A stretch of DNA of 64,000 nt, from contig CAVSHO010000007.1 of assembly GCA_963727825.1 (NCBI GenBank), forward strand, positions 96,001-160,000, written 5' to 3'. The stretch is from Ignavibacteriota bacterium (GTDB lineage Bacteria; Bacteroidota; Ignavibacteria; UBA10030). The notes below the pieces were generated by a model. It was not told where the DNA came from, ran no database searches, and saw nothing but the letters and a program-made list of their open reading frames with translations. Within the stretch, counting starts at the first letter, position 1. Each line of letters starts with the position of its first letter. The translations under genes were made by a program, and so were the position numbers. Positions 54,716 through 64,000 of this stretch are shown one piece after another.

Positions 54716-55438
54716 ATGAAACTCCACCTTCTTTTGTGCGCGGTTGTTTTCATAAGTATGCAGAATCTGAAAGCTCAAGAATCTGTATGCCAATTTTCTA
54801 CACTCCAATATTCTTCTTCTCAATCTTTCGTATTTCAATCTTCATTGAGCAATGAATTATTGTTTGCTCAGCCGAGCTCACCGCTCGATTCTCTTTTGCA
54901 GCCCCCAAAGCGCAAATTAATTCCGGCTAATGCGAGCTGGATGGAAAAATATCTGTGGGACGAGGATGGCTTATTTAGAACAATGGGGTTAGCTTCCCCT
55001 CTGACACCGGAGACGCGGAAGAGCGAGCTCAGTCTCCGACGCGGCATGCTTACCGCTCATCTTATAGGAGGGGTTGTAACGCTTGCAAGCATTTATACAG
55101 CAATCTATTACGGTCAAAAGATGATTGACGGTGACATTTCGCGAAGCAATCGTGACCATCATCAACTCTTTGTAACAACGACGATTATTTCATATTCAGC
55201 GACTGGATTGCTTTCCGTGCTTTCACCGCCTCCTATGATTCGACGTAACGAGATCAGTACCATAACGATTCATAAAACACTCGCATGGGTTCACTTTACT
55301 GGAATGATCTTAACCCCAATACTCGGTTCAATGATCAGTCGTCGTGCCACATCATCACAGCTTGCCCATTTCCATCAAGCATCAGCTTATATCACAGCCG
55401 CGGCACTAACAGCTTCAATGATCGTTATAACATTTTAA
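54716..55438 (+). CDS. Signal-peptide protein with four His-bearing TM helices (cytochrome b561-like?)
   Basis: AHLIGG, DHHQL, IHKTLAWVH, HFHQ at helix starts; upstream of a YceI gene. Confidence 0.5.
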   Translation: MKLHLLLCAVVFISMQNLKAQESVCQFSTLQYSSSQSFVFQSSLSNELLFAQPSSPLDSLLQPPKRKLIPANASWMEKYLWDEDGLFRTMGLASPLTPETRKSELSLRRGMLTAHLIGGVVTLASIYTAIYYGQKMIDGDISRSNRDHHQLFVTTTIISYSATGLLSVLSPPPMIRRNEISTITIHKTLAWVHFTGMILTPILGSMISRRATSSQLAHFHQASAYITAAALTASMIVITF

Positions 55439-55448
55439 AAGGATTACG

Positions 55449-56000
55449 ATGAAAACGAAAACGGTATCATTCTTGGGGTGGATGCTTCTGACAACATTTT
55501 GTGTTACTGCTCAAACAAAGACGGTTGAGTGTACTAAAGATGAAACGTCGGTTACATACATACTCAAGCATCCCCTCCATCAAATGGAAAGCACAAGCAA
55601 AGAAATAAACTGCCGCATCGAAATCGATCCGATAAAGAAAGAAATCAAAGCGGTATCGGCACAAATCGATGTCATGACGTTCAATAGTGGAAATTCAAAT
55701 CGCGATTCACATGCAATGGAGGTGATCGATGCAATCACCTATCCTGATGTGATGTTCTCGAGCACTTCTATTGTTCAGAATGGCGATAGTTTGAAAGTGA
55801 CCGGTAATCTTACCTTTCACGGCATAACAAAAACCATTGTCATTGCGGCAGCGACAAAATGGCCGCCCAACAGGTTTGTGGTGAATGGCGCGTTTGATAT
55901 AAGCTTAACTGAGTTTAAAGTCGAGCGACCTTCACTTTTGATGGTGAAGTGCGACGACACATTACGATTTACTTTGATCGCAGTTTTCAAGTTAGATTAA
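55449..56000 (+). CDS. YceI-family lipid/polyisoprenoid-binding protein
   Basis: FNSGNSNRDSH, YPDVMF, GNLTFHGITK, F.V..P. Confidence 0.85.
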   Translation: MKTKTVSFLGWMLLTTFCVTAQTKTVECTKDETSVTYILKHPLHQMESTSKEINCRIEIDPIKKEIKAVSAQIDVMTFNSGNSNRDSHAMEVIDAITYPDVMFSSTSIVQNGDSLKVTGNLTFHGITKTIVIAAATKWPPNRFVVNGAFDISLTEFKVERPSLLMVKCDDTLRFTLIAVFKLD

Positions 56001-56378
56001 ACAGACACTTATTACTAGTTATAATGGCGATCTTTTTACTGAACTTCTTTATGCTATAAGTTAATCTACAGCCATGCGACCATATACAAAGTTGTCTATA
56101 GTGAGCGTAGGTGTGCGGGGTGATAATAGTTGTGCAGGTGCCGCGGGAAATTTAGGGCGATGACGAAATGAATTCATTATATTCTATAGGAGATTGCTTG
56201 ATAAAAAAAAGTCCCATTTTTTTAAGCCATAAAGGAGATCCATCAAGTAGCTTCTACTTCAGTATAAAAGGGAAATCAATCTAAACCGAAAGGCAAAGTG
56301 GTTTTGCCAAAATTATTTCTGATTTCTGTTTCTAAAAGGTAAATCGAATCCAAATATTTTTATTACATTGTTTCTGCT

Positions 56379-56639
56379 ATGTTTCAACTAATTTATAATA
56401 CTAGACATACATGTGGCGAACTGATCTATCTTGCCGATTACCGCTTCAAATCCCGTAAAGATTTAAAGTTCCATTCAGATATTAAACCATTGAAGATGGA
56501 ATGTCGCAAATGCCTCTTAGAGACTGATGCTTCTTATTTTGAAGTATGGGAATCAGAAGGTTCAGGTATAAAGAAGATCGTTGAGGTGACTCCTATTAAG
56601 TATCTCAATGATGTATGTAAGAAGTTGACAAATTCATAA
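56379..56639 (+). CDS. Small hypothetical protein, possible zinc ribbon
   Basis: HTCG..CRKC pairs in 86 aa. Confidence 0.4.
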   Translation: MFQLIYNTRHTCGELIYLADYRFKSRKDLKFHSDIKPLKMECRKCLLETDASYFEVWESEGSGIKKIVEVTPIKYLNDVCKKLTNS

Positions 56640-56810
56640 GCGATTGGTATGTAGCTACTATCGTCTCCTCGGCGGCAAAGTCAGCTTTCCTAATCCTCGC
56701 GTTTGGTAATGCATCGGGAATTTTTATTGTTAGTAATATTACAGTTCCTTACATTAAACCATTACTTAAGTAAACTTTTGTATATCTATAAACAAATATG
56801 TGAATAAACT

Positions 56811-57377
56811 ATGATTGATAAAACAAAAACCGCATTAGTTGTTATCGATCTTCAGAAAGGTATTGTTGGTATGCCAACTCAACCGTACCCTGCAAATGTC
56901 GTTGTCGCAAATGCGGCGAAGCTTGCACAAGCTTTTCGGAAGAATCAAATGCCTGTTTTTCTTGTGAGAGTGACGCCGTCTGCCGATGGAAAAGACGGAC
57001 TTCAACCGGCTATCGATAGCAAGGTTCGGATGAATTTTCCGAGACCTGCTGACTGGGCTGAGCTTGTTCCTGAACTGGGTCCTGAACCGAGCGATTTTGT
57101 GATTACAAAAAGGCAGTGGGGTGCTTTTTATGGAACTGAACTTGATTTGCAATTGCGAAGGCGAAAAATCGAGAAAATTGTTTTGTGCGGCGTTTCCACG
57201 AATGTCGGTGTGGAGAGCACAGCAAGATTTGCTTATGAATACGGTTATCAGCAGATATTCGCTGAAGATGCCTGCTCTGCCCGTTCGATAGAAGAGCACG
57301 ATCATACAATGAAAACAACATTTCCGCGGATCGGAAGAATCCAAAAGACGGAAGAAATTTTATCTGCTCTGGAATAA
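56811..57377 (+). CDS. Isochorismatase-family hydrolase
   Basis: TALVVIDLQ, TKRQWGAF.GT.LD..LR, GVSTNVGVESTAR, EDAC. Confidence 0.9.
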   Translation: MIDKTKTALVVIDLQKGIVGMPTQPYPANVVVANAAKLAQAFRKNQMPVFLVRVTPSADGKDGLQPAIDSKVRMNFPRPADWAELVPELGPEPSDFVITKRQWGAFYGTELDLQLRRRKIEKIVLCGVSTNVGVESTARFAYEYGYQQIFAEDACSARSIEEHDHTMKTTFPRIGRIQKTEEILSALE

Positions 57378-57380
57378 ACT

Positions 57381-58187
57381 ATGGATGATTGCAACCTGAT
57401 TACTGTTCGTAATCTAAAAAAATGTTTCAGTGAAATAACGGCTGTTGATGAGATTTCTTTTGATGTGAAACACGGTGACGTGTTTGCATTCTTAGGCCCA
57501 AATGGAGCAGGAAAAAGCACGACAATCAAGATGCTAATCACGTTGCTTGCACCTACAAGCGGGAAAGCAACTATTGACGGCCATGACATCGTAAGAGATT
57601 CCGCACAAGTGCGGCGGAATATCGGTTATGTGCCGCAAATGATATCCGTAGATGGAGCGCTCACGGCATATGAAAACCTTGTTCTTATGGCGCGTCTGTA
57701 TGATATTCCTGCACACGAATGCGCTACTCGCGCACGAGAAGTTCTCTCTTTCTTAGAATTAGAAGATCATGAAAATTCTCTCGTGCGTACATTTTCCGGC
57801 GGTATGATCCGGCGGCTTGAGATAGGGCAGGCAATAGTTCATCATCCCAAAGTGCTTTTCCTTGACGAACCGACATCTGGTCTTGACCCGGTTGCACGCC
57901 AACATATCTGGGAACACATTTTGGATTTACGGAAGACGTACAGCACAACGATTTTCTTTTCCACTCATCAAATGGAAGAAGCAGAAGAAATGAGCGACAT
58001 GGTGGCGATAATGAATGCGGGAAAAATCGCAATCATCGGCACTCCGAAAGAAATTAAAGCAAAGACGGGTAAAGAGGATACAAACCTCGAAGAAGCTTTC
58101 ATCTTTTTCACTGGAACAAATCTGAAAGAGACCGGCAATTTTCGCGATGTGCGCCGCTCGCGACGGACGGAACAAAGATTAGGATGA
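57381..58187 (+). CDS. ABC efflux ATP-binding protein (DrrA-like)
   Basis: GPNGAGKST, FSGGMIRRLEI, FLDEPTSGLDP, STH. Confidence 0.9.
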   Translation: MDDCNLITVRNLKKCFSEITAVDEISFDVKHGDVFAFLGPNGAGKSTTIKMLITLLAPTSGKATIDGHDIVRDSAQVRRNIGYVPQMISVDGALTAYENLVLMARLYDIPAHECATRAREVLSFLELEDHENSLVRTFSGGMIRRLEIGQAIVHHPKVLFLDEPTSGLDPVARQHIWEHILDLRKTYSTTIFFSTHQMEEAEEMSDMVAIMNAGKIAIIGTPKEIKAKTGKEDTNLEEAFIFFTGTNLKETGNFRDVRRSRRTEQRLG

Positions 58188-58978
58188 TAACTGTGAAAAT
58201 CATAACGAGATACTTTTTACAGGTCTGTAAAAAATCTTGGATTTTGTCAGAATCAGAGATACGCAAATTGCTCCACGACCCCACAGAGCTTGTCACGCGT
58301 GCAATCCAGCCGATCCTATGGCTTGGAATTTTTGGCGAGGCGATGAGCAAAGTACGTGCAATTCCCACCGGAAATTATTCATATATGCAATTCATTACTC
58401 CGGGGATACTTACTCAGTCAGTTGTTTTTATAGCCATTTTCTATGGATTGAATATTATCTGGGAACGTGACATGGGATTGCTACAGAAATTGCTCGTGAC
58501 GCCAACGCCGCGTCTTGCATTGGTCTTGGGCAAGATGGGATCTGCGGGCGTGAGGGGATTGTGCCAAGCGGTGATTGTTTTCCTTTTTGCTCTGGTGCTA
58601 GGAGTGCCGCTTATTTTCACAATAGGGTCAGTTTTTGGGGTGGTTATTATTGTATTGCTCGGCGCAGGATTTTTCACGGGACTTTCGATGATTATTGCAT
58701 CGATCGTAAAAACTCGTGAACGGTTTATGGGGATCGGGCAGGTAATAACGTTGCCGCTATTCTTTGCATCAAACGCGATTTATCCGATCAGTATCATGCC
58801 ATCATGGCTCCAGGCGGTCGCATATCTCAATCCCTTAAGTTATATGGTAGATGGCTTGCGCTCACTCCTCGTTATCGGATCACCTGCACAACTTCCCATT
58901 GACATTGGCATTCTCACTGCCGTTACAGTCGTGATCTCGATCATCAGTGCCTATATGTATCCAAAGGTCGTTGTATAA
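58184..58978 (+). CDS. ABC-2 permease (DrrB-like)
   Basis: FITPGI, WERDMG, LVTP, LPLFFASNA.YP, NPLSY. Confidence 0.88.
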   Translation: MITVKIITRYFLQVCKKSWILSESEIRKLLHDPTELVTRAIQPILWLGIFGEAMSKVRAIPTGNYSYMQFITPGILTQSVVFIAIFYGLNIIWERDMGLLQKLLVTPTPRLALVLGKMGSAGVRGLCQAVIVFLFALVLGVPLIFTIGSVFGVVIIVLLGAGFFTGLSMIIASIVKTRERFMGIGQVITLPLFFASNAIYPISIMPSWLQAVAYLNPLSYMVDGLRSLLVIGSPAQLPIDIGILTAVTVVISIISAYMYPKVVV

Positions 58979-59245
58979 AATTGAACATAAAAAACATTGT
59001 CGAAGTAACACCGATTGATAATCTTATCGTGATTGTTGAGAAGTTGAGTAGATCATAGACGATTTGTATTTTGCTATTGCAGTATCCCCGACTGCACGAA
59101 TTGTGTTGTGACTTTTAAAAACTTAGACTTATCATTTGTGGGTTATTTATTAGTGCATAAATGATATTGTTTCCTCGACCCTTAAATATTCAAGTAAAAT
59201 CTGAAAAAAATTAGTATATTATATATATATCAAAGGAGAAATATT

Positions 59246-59443
59246 ATGTTTGAGAACATTGGCGGCCCGGAGCTCTTACTTATTCTGATAGTCATTTTTC
59301 TATTCTTTGGTGCAAAGAAAATACCGGAGATAGCAAAAGGACTTGGCCAGGGTATTCGAGAGTTCCGAAAGGCAGCACGCGATATTCAGGAAGAAGTAAA
59401 TAAAGAAGTAAAGCAGATCGACGATAAGTCCGAAAAGAAATGA
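59246..59443 (+). CDS. tatA: Twin-arginine translocase TatA/E
   Basis: GGPELLLIL..FFGAKKIPEIAKGLGQGIREFRKA; RBS AAGGAG. Confidence 0.92.
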   Translation: MFENIGGPELLLILIVIFLFFGAKKIPEIAKGLGQGIREFRKAARDIQEEVNKEVKQIDDKSEKK

Positions 59444-59609
59444 TTACGTATTCAGCCAATTCCTGAGTACGCTGTAATGAATAGAAACTGTATCCGTCCA
59501 CTACTGGCTATTCTTGCAATGTCAAACGGAAAGGATTAAGCGATCTTATGAAAGAGATATAAGGGGATTATTGTGACAGTTAATTGCTGGTCAATATTCT
59601 TGTGGATTC

Positions 59610-61241
59610 TTGATGAATAAAAGTGTAAAACTGTTTTACTATTTTCTTATTTCTTTATCAATACTCGATGTGTCTCTTCATGCTCAATCATACGATGATA
59701 CACTCTGTCTTCATTTCAATTCGGATCAGATTCATATCGACAACTTGACTCTGGAAAGAGTGGAAACATTAATACCCGGTGTCCGTCCGAATAACTTCAT
59801 TCGTACATATTCACCGTTTGATCAAATTACCATTTCTCTTTCTGATCCAAGAATTAGCCCGCTATTTAGAGAGGATCTTTCTTATCGCTTTGATTCCACA
59901 GAAAAAGTTATCGGGCTCTCATACGATTATGAAAACAATAATGTATCGGTAGAACCGATTCTTGGATTTAATTCGGCGTATGATAAAACCGGTATAAACA
60001 CTTGGACAAAGGCATTGGGATTTAAGGTCTTCGGTAATATTGGGTCATCTTATTCTTTCTATATGAAAGTAGTAGACAATACCGTTAGCGGGAAAATAAT
60101 TGACATGAAGAAAGAACTGGATAACACTGATGGTTTTATCGTTAGCCACAATAATGGGACTGATGGTTTTGACTTTGATGATATGGAGGGGCAGGTTGGC
60201 GCCCGGTTTGGAGTTGCACAACTGTTTATCGAGAAGATCAGAAACGTTTGGGGTTACGGCGAGGATGGCCAAATCATCTATTCGAGAAAAGCTCCCAGCT
60301 ATCCTCAATTAAGACTTGTTATCTCCCTTAATGACCATTTAAAGTTTACATATCTACAAGCAGTCTTATTTTCTGATATCGTCGATTCGCTTCAGAGTTA
60401 TGGGAACACTTCTTATTATGATACTTATCGAAGAGTCTATCGATCGAAGTACATGGCCGCTCATCTTCTTGAATACGCCCCATCCAATGAGTTAAATTTT
60501 TCTCTCGGTGAATCCATTATCTTTAGTGATAGCTTCGAACCCGTGTTCCTTATTCCGGTTCTCCTTTTCAAGGCAGCTGAGTATCAATACAGAGACAACG
60601 ACAACGCACAAATTTTCGGTGGAATGCGTTATTCACTTCGTTCGATCGGTTATCTCTACACCGATTTTTTTATTGACGATATCAATACCGACAAATTATT
60701 CAGCGCTCAGAACGATAATGTCCTCGCAGGTACCTTCGGAGCCCGCCTAACGGATTGCATATTGAAGGACCTGGACATAGTTGCCGAGTACACTAGGATA
60801 AATCCATGGGTTTATACACACAAATACGAAGCCACAACTTATACCAGTAATTCGTATGTTCTTGGACATTGGTTGGGTCAAAATAGCGAACTATTCTATT
60901 TGTCCGCAGAGTATCGATGGATCCGATCTTTGTGGATGAAGCTTTCAATGCAGTACATTGAAAAGGGAATTCTTGACCCCGAACACCTCCATTATACTAT
61001 TCCTGGAGTTCCCACATTTTTAGAAGGCCCTTTATTCCATCAAACGGTGATCAAATATGAAACGCAATGGGAACTGTATAGAAATTTGTTTTTAAAGGGT
61101 GAAATAGTTCTTACAAATCAAAACAGTGGCCAGATCGCTCTTACAAATTTGAGCAGTGACCTTCCGACCTATTATCCTTCTTATTCTAATAGACTCACAA
61201 TGAACGTAGGAATTGTATACAATCTCTTCGATAATAATTGA
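59610..61241 (+). CDS. Outer-membrane beta-barrel, capsule assembly Wzi-like
   Basis: Signal peptide, WGYGE.G..I.S..APS, AAHLLE, GESII, DNDN, EYTRINPWVYTH, LGHWLG.NS. Confidence 0.65.
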   Translation: MMNKSVKLFYYFLISLSILDVSLHAQSYDDTLCLHFNSDQIHIDNLTLERVETLIPGVRPNNFIRTYSPFDQITISLSDPRISPLFREDLSYRFDSTEKVIGLSYDYENNNVSVEPILGFNSAYDKTGINTWTKALGFKVFGNIGSSYSFYMKVVDNTVSGKIIDMKKELDNTDGFIVSHNNGTDGFDFDDMEGQVGARFGVAQLFIEKIRNVWGYGEDGQIIYSRKAPSYPQLRLVISLNDHLKFTYLQAVLFSDIVDSLQSYGNTSYYDTYRRVYRSKYMAAHLLEYAPSNELNFSLGESIIFSDSFEPVFLIPVLLFKAAEYQYRDNDNAQIFGGMRYSLRSIGYLYTDFFIDDINTDKLFSAQNDNVLAGTFGARLTDCILKDLDIVAEYTRINPWVYTHKYEATTYTSNSYVLGHWLGQNSELFYLSAEYRWIRSLWMKLSMQYIEKGILDPEHLHYTIPGVPTFLEGPLFHQTVIKYETQWELYRNLFLKGEIVLTNQNSGQIALTNLSSDLPTYYPSYSNRLTMNVGIVYNLFDNN

Positions 61242-61272
61242 GTAATTATTCAAATCAATTTTTGAGGTAAGA

Positions 61273-62199
61273 ATGAAATCCGGGATGACGATATTAGAGA
61301 TATGCTGCCTTTTTTTTGTATGCATGAATACGCATGGGCAATATAAAATTGGTCCCGCAACTCAAAGCAACAAATATTCATTAACAGGCAATTTGCAGTA
61401 TGATCTCTCAACGAATATTAATAGCGACAACAGTATGGACAGTTCCAGGACAGCAAATCCAGAAGTCTCTAAGAGATTTTACTCTCCCTTAAAAGCAAGT
61501 TTATTTTCCGCTGTCATCCCCGGCGCTGGGCAATTCTACACAAAAAGCTATTTACAGAGTGCAGCATTTCTCAGTGCAGAAGCCCTTATGTGGGTCTTGT
61601 ATATTCACTATAAGAATCAAGGAGATCAGCGGACGAATGATTTTAATAATTATGCAGATGCACATTGGTCCGTTGTTCGCTATGCACAATGGATCCAAGC
61701 CAATTACCCGCAGAATGTGCAGGGTTATTCACTCTTCATACCTAATACCGCGAATCTACCCACGTGGCAACAAGTGAATTGGGGCCAGCTCAATGCCGTT
61801 GAAGGGAGTATGGCTGTTGGCACTGGTTTTACTCATCAGCTTGTCATGTATCCGGATCAGCAGTATTATGAAGAGATTGGCAAGTATTCACAATTCTCTG
61901 GCGGATGGGACGATGGCAGTAACGTTACAGCGGCTGAGGTGGGTAGCACCTACGGATACTATACTCCACATAGCACTTTGTATGTTCATATGCGTGCAGA
62001 TGCGAACAGCTCTTACAATATTGCGACAGCATATTCATGTGTACTCCTTGCTAATCACGTATTCAGTGCTCTCGAAGCGGCGTGGAATGCATCAAATATC
62101 AATCATAAAATTCATTTGGAAGGACATATTGAATCTAGACAAATTTATGGGAATGCTGTAGAGTTCGTACCTGCACTTCAATTAGAGTATGAATTCTAA
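61273..62199 (+). CDS. Exported hypothetical protein (DUF5683-like N-terminus)
   Basis: SPLKASLFSAVIPGAGQFY motif; C-terminal LEYEF. Confidence 0.6.
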   Translation: MKSGMTILEICCLFFVCMNTHGQYKIGPATQSNKYSLTGNLQYDLSTNINSDNSMDSSRTANPEVSKRFYSPLKASLFSAVIPGAGQFYTKSYLQSAAFLSAEALMWVLYIHYKNQGDQRTNDFNNYADAHWSVVRYAQWIQANYPQNVQGYSLFIPNTANLPTWQQVNWGQLNAVEGSMAVGTGFTHQLVMYPDQQYYEEIGKYSQFSGGWDDGSNVTAAEVGSTYGYYTPHSTLYVHMRADANSSYNIATAYSCVLLANHVFSALEAAWNASNINHKIHLEGHIESRQIYGNAVEFVPALQLEYEF

Positions 62200-62352
62200 T
62201 AAAGAATACTGAAAAAGCGGCGTTTATTTAATTTTATTTAAAAAGAATTGAAGTAGATCAACGATAAATCTGATAAGAAATTATTATAAATTCAGCGTTT
62301 GCTGGAGGCTCTATTATATCAGAGAGTCTATAATTAAAAAGAAAGAAATACT

Positions 62353-63063
62353 ATGGGGAAATTGAAACCTCTTATTGTTATCCAAATTGCTCTCGCTGCT
62401 CTGTTTCTCGGATCGATAGTTTATGCAACGGTTCGTTTCGGGCCAGAGTTGACAAGGTTGGTTAGTGACCCTCATAAATTTAGAGAACATTTATTATCCT
62501 TCGGGCATTGGAGTGCTGTGGTATTCATGCTTTTCCAGGTGCTTCAAGTAGTGATAGCAGTCATACCTGGTGAACCCGTCCAAATAGCGGGAGGATATAT
62601 ATTCGGAACTTTCTGGGGCACAGTCTATTCTACACTGGGTATAACGGTAGGGTATATCATTGTATTTACATGTGTGAAGCTTTTCGGTTATCCGCTTGTT
62701 AAAATATTTGTTCCAGAGAAAGAGCTTGAGAAATTTAGCACACTAATGAATAATCCAAAACTGGAAACGACTATATTCCTTTTATTCCTCATTCCGGGCA
62801 TTCCCAAAGATATTCTCGTGTATGTTGCCGGACTTACGCCGATTAGACCTTTTTTGTTTTTTATCATAATAACTTTTGCACGCTTTCCCGCAATGCTTGG
62901 GTCTTCCTATATCGGTGCAAAAATTGAATCGAGCCAATATTCTATCGCAGTCGCCGTTTCTGTTATCGCAAGTATATTGTTTGTCTTCGGATACATATAC
63001 AAAAAGAGAATCATAGACTTTATCCATGTGCGATTCAACAAGAAGAAGATCGGCAATGAATAA
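62353..63063 (+). CDS. TVP38/TMEM64 (VTT/DedA) membrane protein
   Basis: LQVVIAVIPGE, GYIFG, FLIPGIPKD, AGLT, RFP. Confidence 0.85.
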   Translation: MGKLKPLIVIQIALAALFLGSIVYATVRFGPELTRLVSDPHKFREHLLSFGHWSAVVFMLFQVLQVVIAVIPGEPVQIAGGYIFGTFWGTVYSTLGITVGYIIVFTCVKLFGYPLVKIFVPEKELEKFSTLMNNPKLETTIFLLFLIPGIPKDILVYVAGLTPIRPFLFFIIITFARFPAMLGSSYIGAKIESSQYSIAVAVSVIASILFVFGYIYKKRIIDFIHVRFNKKKIGNE

Positions 63064-63323
63064 AAATATTTCTAATCATAGGATAATCGCGGTTCTAGTA
63101 AAAGCCAGGCTCTTTGCATGAGAAAATATTTTATTAATAAATGCGTAGAAGGCCGACTGATATTAGAACGAGAATAATATGAAGCGGTTATCTTATACGA
63201 CATCTCTTGGATTTCTTGTCCAATTGCATTTCTTGTGGCACAGAATCGTTTTTGATTTATTCAAAATATAGAACAACCATTGGATGCATAACCCATCACA
63301 CCTTTGGAAAATGAAAGGAAGAT

Positions 63324-63780
63324 ATGAGCGCACATATTCCACATCCGCGAATTAAGGAAAGGGCCAAAATAGGTCCGCATCTCACAAAGCACGAGCATAT
63401 TGGGCTTAATGGTCGTTTAGCAATGCTGATAACTAATATGGTAAGCACAATGTGGTGTGCTTATCTTTTCGCGATCATAGCATTGATAAGTCTCCCTGCT
63501 GCTATAGAGGGAGGGACTGCTACCATTGTGTCTTGGATTGCCCAGACATTTCTGCAATTAGTCCTACTGTCGGTTATTATGGTAGGACAAAAAGTGGCGG
63601 CCAGAGCTTCCGATAAACAGGCTCTGCAAACGTTCAAAGATACTGAAGCAGTACCTGGAAATTCAGGACGAAGTCCACAAGTTGATAAAGATCAATTACG
63701 AACTGACTCAAGAAATTCACAGTTTTGTGACGAAAAAACAAAGAAATAATATAAATAAGTCACATAAACTGCAACAGTGA
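63324..63780 (+). CDS. DUF1003-like membrane protein, +1 frameshift near 63653
   Basis: TMWCAY, SWIAQTFLQLVLLSVIMVGQ; removing one base at gcagt(a)cctg gives ..EAVLEIQDEVHKLIKINYELTQEIH.. ending TGA 63778-63780. Confidence 0.65.
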
Positions 63781-63903
63781 CAGAAAGTGCACGGAATTTT
63801 TCTGAATTTTTTGTCATTCCCTATGGCAAATTGACTAAATCATAGGCGATTTGTATGTTGCAATTGCAATCTCAACATCCCGGTTGAGAAAAGTTTTTCT
63901 AAT

Positions 63904-63936
63904 CCTCAGCACCCTGATAGTGTGCTGGGGATTTTT
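63904..63936 (+). terminator. Terminator-like hairpin
   Basis: CCTCAGCAC..GTGCTGGGG-A-T5. Confidence 0.45.
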
Positions 63937-64000
63937 GCTGTTGCGTTGAATTCTTGATTCTGAGTTGAAGATGAAACATATTGCTCACGAGTGATGTATA

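Noticed and set aside
56270-56312. c-di-GMP-I riboswitch (GAAAGGCAAA)
   Set aside because: The downstream GAAA-loop stem and GACGCAAA elements are absent

Overview
About 40% GC bacterial chromosome segment, probably Ignavibacteria or a related Bacteroidota-Chlorobiota lineage (inferred from a T9SS sorting domain and gene content). All credible genes are on the + strand. 1-22.3 kb is core: gltX, folB, folK, deoxynucleoside kinase, asnS, ABC-2 pair, nuoJKLM-[ion transporter]-nuoN, nnr, tgt, yajC, ribBA, greA, CYTH, tRNA-Gly. A small RAYT + XRE/ImmA-PIN islet sits between nnr and tgt. About 22.4-51.4 kb, between tRNA-Gly and tRNA-Cys, is accessory. It holds a T2SS/type IV pilus-like gene set without PilT, wrapped around a ~3,500-aa secreted teneurin-like Rhs protein (16 Ig repeats, TTR/FN-plug, NHL, YD shell, hydrophobic tip) and a candidate membrane immunity gene. 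This is the best candidate for a new system. The region is dense with REP/REPIN palindromes. A REP of the local RAYT and a 24-30 nt CCGCC...GGCGG micro-element have inserted in frame into coding sequences (the teneurin-like gene and nuoL). A 2.5-kb relic carrying a 5x240-bp-repeat T9SS protein lies between a decayed 5' copy and an intact copy of tRNA-Leu(TAA). Six single-base frameshifts in otherwise intact genes are probably sequencing errors. Family names come from motif recognition by eye, not from database searches.
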